Of a DNA stretch of 64,000 bases, positions 19,312 through 28,273 are shown one piece after another (position 1 is the stretch's first letter; every line of letters begins with the position of its first letter). The stretch lies in assembly GCA_944391425.1 (NCBI GenBank), contig CALXTO010000002.1, positions 5,786 to 69,785 of the forward strand, in the 5' to 3' direction. Below the pieces are notes generated by a model. It made no database searches, was not told the DNA's origin, and was given only the letters and a program-made list of their open reading frames with translations. The DNA is from an uncultured Alphaproteobacteria bacterium (GTDB taxonomy: Bacteria > Pseudomonadota > Alphaproteobacteria > RF32 > CAG-239). The position numbers were made by a program, and so were the translations under genes.

Positions 19312-19341
19312 AAAAAAGCAGAGCATATGCTCTGCTTTTTT
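19312..19341. terminator. Bidirectional intrinsic terminator (perfect 30-bp palindrome)
   Basis: aaaaaagcagagcatatgctctgctttttt between convergent genes. Confidence 0.85.
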
Positions 19342-19355
19342 TGATGAACTGGCGC

Positions 19356-20861
19356 TTAAGGAACAAAAGTTTCCAAAAACGTCTGCTGCCAGCCAAGTTC
19401 CTCCCGGCGGGCAAGAATAGCCTCTTTCAGATTTTTTGGAATGTTTTCCAAAGTTTCAAAGGGCGTTTCGACCAATTGTTCAGCAATATCCCGGCAATTG
19501 AGAAGATTTTCGGGAAGGGTGTTGATAAGGTCTTCCAACACTTCCGACGTTTCAGCTACTGTCTGCGACGCGTCTTCTTTAAGTTCCGTCAGGCAGGATA
19601 CTGCTTGAGACATTTGCTGTGGCTGCATGTGGATTTTTTTGATTAATCCCGGCCATTGTCTGATTACGGCGCGCAGCAGCTCGGTATCGTATCCGTTGCT
19701 GTTTGAACAAGCCATCGCTACAAAATTTGAAACCTTGTAGAGTTTGTTATGTTCAAGACCGGACATTATCCGCACAATCTGTTTTACAGAGCTAATGTGC
19801 AGGATGATGTTGTCGCGGCAAAGCAGATGATGAAGCGTTGACAACGCCAGGTTGACAATCGGCAGCGCCTTTTTGCAAGTCAGTCTGTTGTCAGCCGTTT
19901 TATAGATGATATCACAAATATTTTGCACCACGATGTCGATGTTTTCAACATCGTTTACAACCGAAAGGCTATTGTAAACTTCAAGAACGTCATAGCTGTT
20001 TTCTTCGTCAGTATGGTGTTTCAAAAAAATCAGAAAGTTTTTTCTGGTATCCATGTCGACGATATTTTCCTGTTTCAGCATACTGCAGATCACCGGAAAG
20101 ACGTCTTTGGAAATTGCCAATCCTTTTCGGCATATTTCGTGGACAGGTGCAAAATTATGCAAATCGTCTTTTTGCGTTTGCAGAATTTGAAAGAGTTTTC
20201 GAATAAGGCGATCATGTCCGGGAGCTCTTTCGTCGCCGCCGAAGAATTTAATCTGCTCCAATGCCGTCATTGCCTGGCTGCGCGTTGCATGCATAAAGCT
20301 GAACAAGTATTCGGCTATTTCCAGCTCGCGGTTTCCGGGACCGATGTACCAGTCAGGATAACTTTGGGAAATATCCAGGTATTTGAGCCGCCGGATTACC
20401 AACGCCATCAACCATGAATGAAAGATGGATCTGTTAAGGATTTTTTCCTCGACTTCCATGTTTTGCGGAGGCAGCAGGGCAAGAAACTGCTGACACATTG
20501 AGCAGAATATTTTTTCATGGTAGAGAGAGTAAGCGTTGATGACCAGATCTATGCCGTCAAAGCCTTTTTGAGATTTTGCAAACTTAAAAAAGTTTTGATA
20601 GGCGCTAAGCAGCGGGATGGTCCTTACATTTGCCGTCAAAGCCGCAAAAAGCAGCTTCTTTTTTGCAAATATCGGCTGGGCGCAGGTGCTGCCGAATTTT
20701 TGGTCGTATTCTTTTTCCGTTAAGAAAGAAATGTCTTCGGCTGCAATTTTACCAAGCAGGATATGCTGGGCAAGAAGCCTGTATACTTCTTCGACGAATT
20801 TGCCGTCGTTGTTGCAAAGAGCCTGGCTGATTGCAACAAAAGGTACGGGATTTTTCTCCAT
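19356..20861 (-). CDS. Hypothetical (orphan) protein, probably mostly helical
   Basis: 501-aa ORF rich in L/I/C with its own promoter-like upstream region; no recognised family. Confidence 0.7.
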   Translation of the reverse strand: MEKNPVPFVAISQALCNNDGKFVEEVYRLLAQHILLGKIAAEDISFLTEKEYDQKFGSTCAQPIFAKKKLLFAALTANVRTIPLLSAYQNFFKFAKSQKGFDGIDLVINAYSLYHEKIFCSMCQQFLALLPPQNMEVEEKILNRSIFHSWLMALVIRRLKYLDISQSYPDWYIGPGNRELEIAEYLFSFMHATRSQAMTALEQIKFFGGDERAPGHDRLIRKLFQILQTQKDDLHNFAPVHEICRKGLAISKDVFPVICSMLKQENIVDMDTRKNFLIFLKHHTDEENSYDVLEVYNSLSVVNDVENIDIVVQNICDIIYKTADNRLTCKKALPIVNLALSTLHHLLCRDNIILHISSVKQIVRIMSGLEHNKLYKVSNFVAMACSNSNGYDTELLRAVIRQWPGLIKKIHMQPQQMSQAVSCLTELKEDASQTVAETSEVLEDLINTLPENLLNCRDIAEQLVETPFETLENIPKNLKEAILARREELGWQQTFLETFVP

Positions 20862-20973
20862 TTTACAAAAAAATTATGTTAATTATTTGAGGTGTCATAA
20901 TAAGTTTAAAGTGCGGACAGGTTAGCACAATATTGTCGGAAATCAAGAGCTTTTTACATATTGTTTTATTCAC

Positions 20974-21008
20974 AGAAAAAAGCCCTGCAGAAAGCAGGGC
21001 TTTTTTCT
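20974..21008 (-). terminator. Intrinsic terminator after grpE
   Basis: agaaaaaagccctgc-agaaa-gcagggcttttttct. Confidence 0.85.
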
Positions 21009-21009
21009 C

Positions 21010-21600
21010 TTATTTTTCCGACGGGCCGCCTTTGGTAACGACGACCATCGCTTCGCGGAGCAGCCTGTCATTCAGCATATAACCGGTTTGCAATTCGGCA
21101 ATAACGGTACCTGCTGGTTTTTCCGCATCTTCAACTTCCTGAATTACCTGATGAAAATTGGGGTCGAAAACTTTGCCGAGGATGTCCATACGACTGATGC
21201 CGAATTTACCAAAAACTTTCATTAATTCGGCTTCGGTCAATTTGACGCCTTCGAGCAGCGCAGCGCAGTTTTCTTTTGACTGACCCTGTTCAACGGCATC
21301 AATGGCGCGATGCAGGTTGTCGGCAACGGAAAGAAGGTTTTTGGCAAAAGAGGAAATCGCATATTTATTGTTTTTTTCAATTTCCTGAGCACAGCGTTTT
21401 TTGGTGTTTTCGGCTTCGGCAAAAGCTCGGAGATAGTCTTCGCGAAGCTTTTGGTTTTCGGCTTGCAGAAGTTCAATATCCGGGGTCTCTTCCTCTTCCG
21501 GCCGAGCTTCTTTTTCATCGGCGTTTTCTTCAGAGGAAAGTTCCGGGTTCAGGCTTTCTTCATCCGAGATTTCAGGGTGCTTTTTTTTGTTCTTTTTCAT
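21010..21600 (-). CDS. grpE: Nucleotide exchange factor GrpE
   Basis: LRAFAEAENTKKR, LLSVADNL.RA, FDPNFHQ, GYMLNDRLLREAMVVV. Confidence 0.96.
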   Translation of the reverse strand: MKKNKKKHPEISDEESLNPELSSEENADEKEARPEEEETPDIELLQAENQKLREDYLRAFAEAENTKKRCAQEIEKNNKYAISSFAKNLLSVADNLHRAIDAVEQGQSKENCAALLEGVKLTEAELMKVFGKFGISRMDILGKVFDPNFHQVIQEVEDAEKPAGTVIAELQTGYMLNDRLLREAMVVVTKGGPSEK

Positions 21601-21756
21601 GTTTTTTCTCTTTAAATATTTATTGCTTACGTGTATATATATAAGGAATTTAGTGACTAAAGCTTGACAAGTCAAGAGCGATAGTTTTTTATTGGTGAAA
21701 TAAAGGGATTTATCGGAATCCGATTTAATTATTTTTGAGTTTCTGAAAGATTAGAT

Positions 21757-23796
21757 ATGGAAAAAAAAGTTGTGAACCCAAATCTTTTTGCTAGTTCTAA
21801 AATGTTGCCGAAGGGTTTTAACAAGAAAAAATTTAATATAACGTATACTGTTGCCACTAATTCCAATCTTCAGGAAATTCAAAATCTTTCTAAAACGCAA
21901 TGCCACGTCAAAAAAAATTGGCCGCAGATTGATAAAATCCGGGGGTGGATGATTTCGGCTGAGACCGCTACTTTTATGAAGTGGGGAGGTTTGGGTGTTA
22001 TTGCTTCGGAACTTCCGGAAGCGTTTAATGACAGTTTTGCCGCGAAAGGCAGTTCGCTGACAGTCGTGACCCCTCTTTACTGCGGAGATACCAAAAAGAA
22101 AAAAGCAGAGCTTAAGACCGATGTTTATGTTGGAGCTGAGGGTACGGAAATCAAGCTTAAAAAGGTGAAAACAATAGATGTCCCCTTTTTCGGAGAGAGG
22201 AATTCTCTGGTTAAAAACAAAGTAGATGTTTATACCGGCCGTTACAGCAATACAGATTATATTTTTTTGGGTAACGAGCGCTTTTTCAGCATTAATCCCC
22301 ATAAAAACAATCCGCCGGCTCAGGACGGTTGTTATGTTATGAACGAATTCGGGATAAACGAGGTCGAAAGGTTTGCTTTCTTTTCCAAGGCGGTTTATGT
22401 TTTAATCAGGGATTTGTGCGACCGCGGCGTTGATGGGGTGGCGTGTCCGAATGTGTTGATTGCCAATGACTGGCACAGCGGCGCTTTGTCCGGGCTGACC
22501 AAATATTTTACGGTGGCTCAGGTAGAAAACGGCCGGATGAAACCTGAACTGGCGGCAAAAATCAAAAATATTCCGGTGGTGCATATCGCCCATCATCTGG
22601 GATATCAGGGCTGGGATTATGAAAACACTTCCAAAATTCTGAATTCCCTGTATGAGGAAACGGCTTCAATGGTTTTCAAGAATGCCAAAGCCGTGAAAAA
22701 CAGTAATCCACGCGCGACCAATACGTTGATTGTTTATGATTGTTATAATCAGGCTTCGTGTAATTTTCATCTGGCGGACAGAGTAGTGACAGTTTCCAAA
22801 AATTATATGGAAGAAGTTTCCAAAGAACTTGGTTTCGGCTTTGATTTTCGCGATATTTTGAAAATTCGCAAAGATCATCGAGGCTTTTTCGGCATTGTTA
22901 ACGGATATGAGAAAAAACTGATTTCTCCCAACAAAGATAAAATTTCTGAGGTCAACCGATATTTTGGGGATACGGCGTTTCAGACATTTGATGAAAAAAG
23001 TCTGGATTGCAAGCTGCAAAACAAACGGGAGTTTGTCAAACTCATTTCACGGATTGCGACGGATGAAGCCTATCGTAAAAAAGTAATTCCGTTGATTGAC
23101 GTTTATCAGTTTGAAGATATTTCAAAATCAATCAAGGATGTATCTAAAACGCCGATTGTCTGCGCTACCAGCCGTCTGGTCGAACAGAAAGGTTATGATA
23201 TTGCCGTTCAGGCCATTCTGAATCTGGCGCAGAAGTATGAGCGTTTTAAGGCGGAATATCCCGTTTTTATTTTAGGCGGCGCCGGAGATATTAACTATTT
23301 TGAAATGTTAAAAAAACTTAAAGACAAGGTTGCCGAGATTGATAAAAAAACGGCTCAACGGGTATTTGTTTTCCGGGGTTACAGAGATGAATTCGCCTAT
23401 GCGGTGCAGTTGGCATCTGACTTTTATATGATGCCGTGCCGGTTTGAACCCTGCGGTTTGACCCAAATGGAGGCAATGGCTAAGGGAACTCTGCCAATTG
23501 CAATGTCTACCGGCGGTTTGGTCGATACGATTGAAGACGGTGTGGACGGTTTCCGCACGGAGGTGTTTTTTACCGAGAAACGCCGTGTTTACGGAAGCAA
23601 TCTGACGGCACAGAGGCTCAAAAACAATGAAAATGCCTATACGGAAACATTGGAAAAAGCGCTTAACGTTTTTTACCGTCATCCTAAAATAATTGAGCAG
23701 ATGAAGGCCAAAGCAATGGAAAAAGACTTTAGCTGGGATGTCGAAGGCGGTTCTTTGTATAAGTATTATAATCTGCTTTCTCTCGGCCATTTGTAA
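21757..23796 (+). CDS. glgA: Glycogen/starch synthase (GT5), long form
   Basis: SAE...KWGGLG, ANDWHSG, VTVSKNY..E, GIVNG, SRLVEQKG, MPCRFEPCGLTQMEAM, TGGLVDTI, DFSW. Confidence 0.88.
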   Translation: MEKKVVNPNLFASSKMLPKGFNKKKFNITYTVATNSNLQEIQNLSKTQCHVKKNWPQIDKIRGWMISAETATFMKWGGLGVIASELPEAFNDSFAAKGSSLTVVTPLYCGDTKKKKAELKTDVYVGAEGTEIKLKKVKTIDVPFFGERNSLVKNKVDVYTGRYSNTDYIFLGNERFFSINPHKNNPPAQDGCYVMNEFGINEVERFAFFSKAVYVLIRDLCDRGVDGVACPNVLIANDWHSGALSGLTKYFTVAQVENGRMKPELAAKIKNIPVVHIAHHLGYQGWDYENTSKILNSLYEETASMVFKNAKAVKNSNPRATNTLIVYDCYNQASCNFHLADRVVTVSKNYMEEVSKELGFGFDFRDILKIRKDHRGFFGIVNGYEKKLISPNKDKISEVNRYFGDTAFQTFDEKSLDCKLQNKREFVKLISRIATDEAYRKKVIPLIDVYQFEDISKSIKDVSKTPIVCATSRLVEQKGYDIAVQAILNLAQKYERFKAEYPVFILGGAGDINYFEMLKKLKDKVAEIDKKTAQRVFVFRGYRDEFAYAVQLASDFYMMPCRFEPCGLTQMEAMAKGTLPIAMSTGGLVDTIEDGVDGFRTEVFFTEKRRVYGSNLTAQRLKNNENAYTETLEKALNVFYRHPKIIEQMKAKAMEKDFSWDVEGGSLYKYYNLLSLGHL

Positions 23797-23919
23797 AAGT
23801 GCGTCTGACGGGCTTCTAATACAGATTTTACAGGTTAAAAACATCCTCACGTACGCCTTTGTACGCTGCGGTGTTTTTCCCCTTAAATCTTATTATAATC
23901 CGCGTCAGTCGCACTTTTA
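23794..23919. mobile_element. 126-bp palindromic MITE-like element with an RPE-1-like core, TA-bounded
   Basis: Terminal IR taaaagtgcgtctgacg / cgtcagtcgcactttta (1 mismatch); inner arms continue to a central cgtac-gccttt-gtacg hairpin. Confidence 0.7.
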
Positions 23920-23928
23920 TTTTGGTTT

Positions 23929-23992
23929 TGACGGGCTTCTAATACAGATTTACAGGTTAAAAACATCCTCACGTACGCCTTTGTACGCTGCG
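23929..23992. repeat. Second, partial direct copy of the palindromic element core
   Basis: Identical to 23806-23870 except for one T indel. Confidence 0.9.
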
Positions 23993-24100
23993 ACCTTTTT
24001 TATTTTGAAATCGGTTGCTGAAGAATAGATTTTTGGTTGCGAAAAATCAAGAAATGGCTTATGCTCTGAGGCAGGTTTAACTCTATCGGAAAATAATAAA

Positions 24101-24814
24101 ATGCGCCATTCAAATCGTCAAAAAAATCAACTTCGCGAAATTGAACTGATTCCCGGTTTTAACCCTTATGCCGAGGGCTCCTGTCTGGTTAAGTTTGGCG
24201 GGACCCATGTCATTTGTACGGCCAGCGTGGAAGAAAAGGTTCCTGCCTGGCTGAAAGGGCAAAACAAAGGCTGGATTACCGCCGAATATGCTATGCTGCC
24301 GCGTTCGGCACAGGTCCGGGTTCCTCGCGAAAGTAAAAAGCCTTCGGGACGGACGCAGGAAATTCAGCGGCTGATCGGGCGTTCGTTGCGTTCGGTGGTT
24401 AATCTGGAACAGATGAAAGATATTTCCATTTGTATTGACTGTGATGTTATTCAGGCCGACGGCGGAACACGCGTTGCTTCGATTACCGGCGGCTTTGTCG
24501 CTTTATATCAGGCTGTGCAGAAACTGCTTACCCTAAAAAAAATCAAAGTTAACCCGATCCGCGAATTTGTGGCCGCCGTATCTTGCGATATTTACAACGG
24601 AGAGGCAATTTTGGATGTGGATTATGAGGAGGACGCCAACTCGCAGGTGGATATGAATTTTGTGATGACCGAAAGCGGCAAAATTGTCGAAATTCAGGGA
24701 ACTGCGGAAGGAGAGCCTTTTGACGAAACTCAGTTTAATGAGCTGCTGGCTTTGGGAAAAGAGGGAATTGCCCGGTTGATTGCCAAACAGAAAGAAGTTT
24801 TGGGAGTTGAGTAA
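24101..24814 (+). CDS. rph: Ribonuclease PH
   Basis: AEGSCLVKFG, GWITAEYAMLPRS, SGRTQEIQRLIGRSLR, DCDVIQADGGTR. Confidence 0.97.
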   Translation: MRHSNRQKNQLREIELIPGFNPYAEGSCLVKFGGTHVICTASVEEKVPAWLKGQNKGWITAEYAMLPRSAQVRVPRESKKPSGRTQEIQRLIGRSLRSVVNLEQMKDISICIDCDVIQADGGTRVASITGGFVALYQAVQKLLTLKKIKVNPIREFVAAVSCDIYNGEAILDVDYEEDANSQVDMNFVMTESGKIVEIQGTAEGEPFDETQFNELLALGKEGIARLIAKQKEVLGVE

Positions 24815-24815
24815 G

Positions 24816-25418
24816 ATGCCTTTGAAAGAACTGGTGATTGCTTCGCACAATCGGGGCAAAATAGAGGAAATTACCAAGATGCTGTCGCCTTTCGGCGTAA
24901 AAATTTTTTCGGCTGAAGAACTGAAACTTCCCGATGTGGAAGAAACCGGCACGACTTTTGCCGAAAATGCCGGGCTGAAAGCCGAGCAGCTGTCGGCTTT
25001 TTGCGGCAAGCCCTGTCTGGCTGACGATTCAGGTTTGTGCGTTGATGCGCTGGGCGGGCGGCCGGGAGTCTATTCGGCCAGATATGCTCCCAATCGAGAT
25101 TTTGATCTGGCAATGAAAAAGCTAATCAACGAATTGGAGGAAAGCGGGAATCCAGATTGGTCGGCGCATTTTTCCTGTATGCTGGCCTTGAAAATTCCGG
25201 GGCAGGAGTGTCGGTTTTTTGAAGGACGGGTAAACGGAAAAATTATTTCCGAGCGGAGAGGAAGTTTGGGTTTCGGTTTTGATCCGATATTTGTTCCGGA
25301 CGGGTTTGAGCAGACTTTCGCCGAAATGTCCGGGGAAGAAAAATCGGCAATTTCACATCGTGGACGGGCATTTGCCAAATTTATCAAAGAGGTATTTCAA
25401 ACTGGGAAAAATATATAA
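24816..25418 (+). CDS. rdgB: Non-canonical purine NTP pyrophosphatase RdgB/HAM1
   Basis: ASHNRGKIEE, EETGTTFAENA, ADDSGL, GFGFDPIF, K..ISHR. Confidence 0.96.
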   Translation: MPLKELVIASHNRGKIEEITKMLSPFGVKIFSAEELKLPDVEETGTTFAENAGLKAEQLSAFCGKPCLADDSGLCVDALGGRPGVYSARYAPNRDFDLAMKKLINELEESGNPDWSAHFSCMLALKIPGQECRFFEGRVNGKIISERRGSLGFGFDPIFVPDGFEQTFAEMSGEEKSAISHRGRAFAKFIKEVFQTGKNI

Positions 25419-28272
25419 CATTTCAGCTACGCACAGTTTTGCCGACGTGTTGGCAGAAAAGCTTTTGCATGATTATGAAACGGATATACTGGGGCTGCCG
25501 GATGTGTTGATTTTGCTGCCTAACCGCCGCGCCTGCAAAACCCTGGCCGAAGCTTTTGTCCGTCATAAAGGAATGCAGCCGACGTTGTTGCCGCAAATGG
25601 CGCCGCTGGGCGATGTGGAAGAAGACGAGCTTGTTTTGCGCGGCGAAACGGCCGGCGAGGAGTTTTTTTCCGTTGCTCCGGCGATTGAAAACAGTGAACG
25701 TCTGATGCTGTTTATGAAAATAATCATGAGCCGGCCGCAAGATTTCGGTATTGGTCCGATGCCGCCGGAGCAGGCGTGTTATCTGGCTGCGGAATTGGGA
25801 CGATTGATTGATACGGCTAATAATGAACGTCTTGATTTTACGCTTTTGCAGGATCTGGTTCCGGAAGAGTATGCCGCCCATTGGCAGGAGACGCTTAAAT
25901 TTTTGAAAATTATTACCGAATATTGGCCGGATATTTTAAAAGAAAGGGGCGTTACCGACGCCAGTTTCCGCCGCGGCGAACTGATGTTGCTGCAGAGTCG
26001 CATTTGGCAGAACAATCCACCGGCTGCCAGGGTGATTGCCGCGGGAACGACGGCAACTTTCCCGGCGATGAAAGAATTGGTGAAAACGGTTGCTGGACTT
26101 CCCTGCGGAGAAGTTGTACTGGCGGGGTTGGATAAATGTCTGGATGAGGAGGCTTGGGCGGCGGTTGATGAGACGCATCCGCAGTTTGAGCTGAAATCGC
26201 TTCTGGATTTTTTAGGCAAGAGCCGTAATGATGCGGAAGATTTGATTCCGGCAGCCAATCCTTGGCGGGAAAAACTGTTGTCAGAAGTTATGCGGCCGGC
26301 AAAAACGACCGATAAATGGCGGGGATTACCGCAAGCGGAAGGAACGGAAGCCGTAAAGGGAATCCAAACCTTGAATTGCAGAGATATTCGCGAAGAGGCT
26401 TTGGCAATTGCATCCGTTATGAGAGAGACGCTGGAAATGCCGGAAAAAACGGCAGCTTTGGTAACTCCGGACCGTAATTTGGCACGCCGGGTTGCTGCCG
26501 AGCTGGAAAGATGGAATATCAAAGTTGACGATTCAGCGGGGCGGCCGTTGGTTTCGACGCCGTGGGGCGTATTTATGCGTCTGGTTTTAAGAGCAGCCCG
26601 GCCGGAGGCAACCCGGACAGATGTTTTGAGTTTGTTAAAACATCCGCTGACGGGTTTGGGGCGGGATTACGGAGATGTCCGTCGGCGAGCCAGAGAATTG
26701 GAATGCAAAGTCTGGCGCGCCGGTATGACGGATGAAGCTATAGAGCAGATTATGCGCGAACTGCAGAATGCGACAGAGCATTTGCAGCAACTGGCGGCAC
26801 AAAAGCGCGCCGGACTAAAAGATTTGCTGACGGCGCATTTGGAAACGGCGGAAACTATTGCCGCCACAGCAGACAAAGATGGGGCTTCTTTGCTGTGGCG
26901 GGGAGACGACGGTAATGCCGGCGCAGTATTTGCAGCGGACTGGCTGGCGTGCGCAGATGTTTTGGGTGAAATTGACCCGGCAGGCTATCCGGGGTTGTTT
27001 GAGGCAATGCTTAACGGCATCATGGTACGTCCAAAATTCGGAACACATCCCCGCTTAAAAATTTTAGGTCCTATAGAAGCCCGGCTGAATCACTTTGACG
27101 TAATGATCATCGGCGAGGTTAACGAAGGTGTTTGGCCTCCGGCCGCTGCGTCTGATCCCTGGATGTCGCGGCCAATGAAGCGTGATTTCGGTTTTCCGCA
27201 GCCGGAGAAAAGCACGGGCGTTTTGGGGCTGGACTTTTGCCAATTGCTGGGCGCCGAAAAAGTTTTCCTGACACGAGCGGAAAGAGTACAGGGAACACCG
27301 ATGATCAAATCACGCTGGTGGATGCGCCTGGAAACGGTTTTAAAGGCCATGGGCATTGCTCCTGAACGGTTGGAAGCACATTTTTACAGACAGGCGGCTG
27401 CGAAAGCCGACCAACCGCAGGCTTTTGAAAAAGCAGGTGCGCCGGCACCACGTCCTCCGGTTTCCGCCCGGCCGAGGGAATTGTCGGTCAGCGCTTTTGA
27501 AATGCTGCTGCGGGATCCGTACAGTATCTTTGCCCGCTATATTTTGCATTTGAAGCCTTTGGAAGAAATTGAGCCGGATTTGACAATGGCCGATTACGGC
27601 ACGATTATTCATAAAATTTTGGAAGATTTTAACAATAAATATCCGCATGATTGTCCGCCTCAGGCAGAAGAAGAACTTTTGGCACTGGGGAGAGAAAGCT
27701 TTGCCCAAAATAAGGTGGCTGAAGACAAAAAAGCCTTTTGGTGGCCTAAGTTTGAAAAAATGGTCAAACATCTGGTTGAATTGGAAAAGAATTACCGTAA
27801 AGATATAAAAACAATTCATAACGAGGTTCGGGGTTATTACGAATTTGCTGCGCCGGCAGGTGTTTTCCGGATTACGGCCAAAGCCGACCGCATTGACGAA
27901 ACGAAAGACGGCAGGCTGAATATTATTGACTACAAAACCGGCCGGGCCCGCAGCGTTAAGGAAATGAGCAAGGGGTTTGCCCCGCAGCTTCCGCTGGAGG
28001 GACTGATTGCCCAAAAAGGCGGGTTTGCGGGTATTGCCGCGGCAGAGGTTGAAAAGCTGATTTATTGGCAGTTGGGCGTAAAAGATACGGTTGCTGAAAA
28101 AGACGTTGCGAAGATGATTGATACAAACGAGCAGAATCTTAAGGAAGTTATCAATTTATTTGATTTTGAAAGTACGCCCTATATATGTCATCCCAATCCG
28201 AAAAGGATTCCCGAATATTCGGATTACGAGCATCTGGCCAGAGTCAAAGAATGGAAAGTGACGGAGGATTAG
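25402..28272 (+). CDS. addB: Double-strand break repair protein AddB
   Basis: LLPNRRA, ALVTPDRNLARRV, LGPIEARL, C-terminal PD-(D/E)xK nuclease (ADRID...IIDYKTG, PQLPLE); start probably CTG at 25402 after SD AGAGGT. Confidence 0.93.
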   Translation: MGKIYNISATHSFADVLAEKLLHDYETDILGLPDVLILLPNRRACKTLAEAFVRHKGMQPTLLPQMAPLGDVEEDELVLRGETAGEEFFSVAPAIENSERLMLFMKIIMSRPQDFGIGPMPPEQACYLAAELGRLIDTANNERLDFTLLQDLVPEEYAAHWQETLKFLKIITEYWPDILKERGVTDASFRRGELMLLQSRIWQNNPPAARVIAAGTTATFPAMKELVKTVAGLPCGEVVLAGLDKCLDEEAWAAVDETHPQFELKSLLDFLGKSRNDAEDLIPAANPWREKLLSEVMRPAKTTDKWRGLPQAEGTEAVKGIQTLNCRDIREEALAIASVMRETLEMPEKTAALVTPDRNLARRVAAELERWNIKVDDSAGRPLVSTPWGVFMRLVLRAARPEATRTDVLSLLKHPLTGLGRDYGDVRRRARELECKVWRAGMTDEAIEQIMRELQNATEHLQQLAAQKRAGLKDLLTAHLETAETIAATADKDGASLLWRGDDGNAGAVFAADWLACADVLGEIDPAGYPGLFEAMLNGIMVRPKFGTHPRLKILGPIEARLNHFDVMIIGEVNEGVWPPAAASDPWMSRPMKRDFGFPQPEKSTGVLGLDFCQLLGAEKVFLTRAERVQGTPMIKSRWWMRLETVLKAMGIAPERLEAHFYRQAAAKADQPQAFEKAGAPAPRPPVSARPRELSVSAFEMLLRDPYSIFARYILHLKPLEEIEPDLTMADYGTIIHKILEDFNNKYPHDCPPQAEEELLALGRESFAQNKVAEDKKAFWWPKFEKMVKHLVELEKNYRKDIKTIHNEVRGYYEFAAPAGVFRITAKADRIDETKDGRLNIIDYKTGRARSVKEMSKGFAPQLPLEGLIAQKGGFAGIAAAEVEKLIYWQLGVKDTVAEKDVAKMIDTNEQNLKEVINLFDFESTPYICHPNPKRIPEYSDYEHLARVKEWKVTED

Positions 28273-28273
28273 C

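Noticed and set aside
23806-23992. CRISPR array
   Set aside because: Only two 64-65 bp units; the intervening sequence is the right arm of the palindrome; no cas genes
23738-24028. 96-aa ORF across the repeats
   Set aside because: Overlaps glgA and simply reads through the palindromic elements
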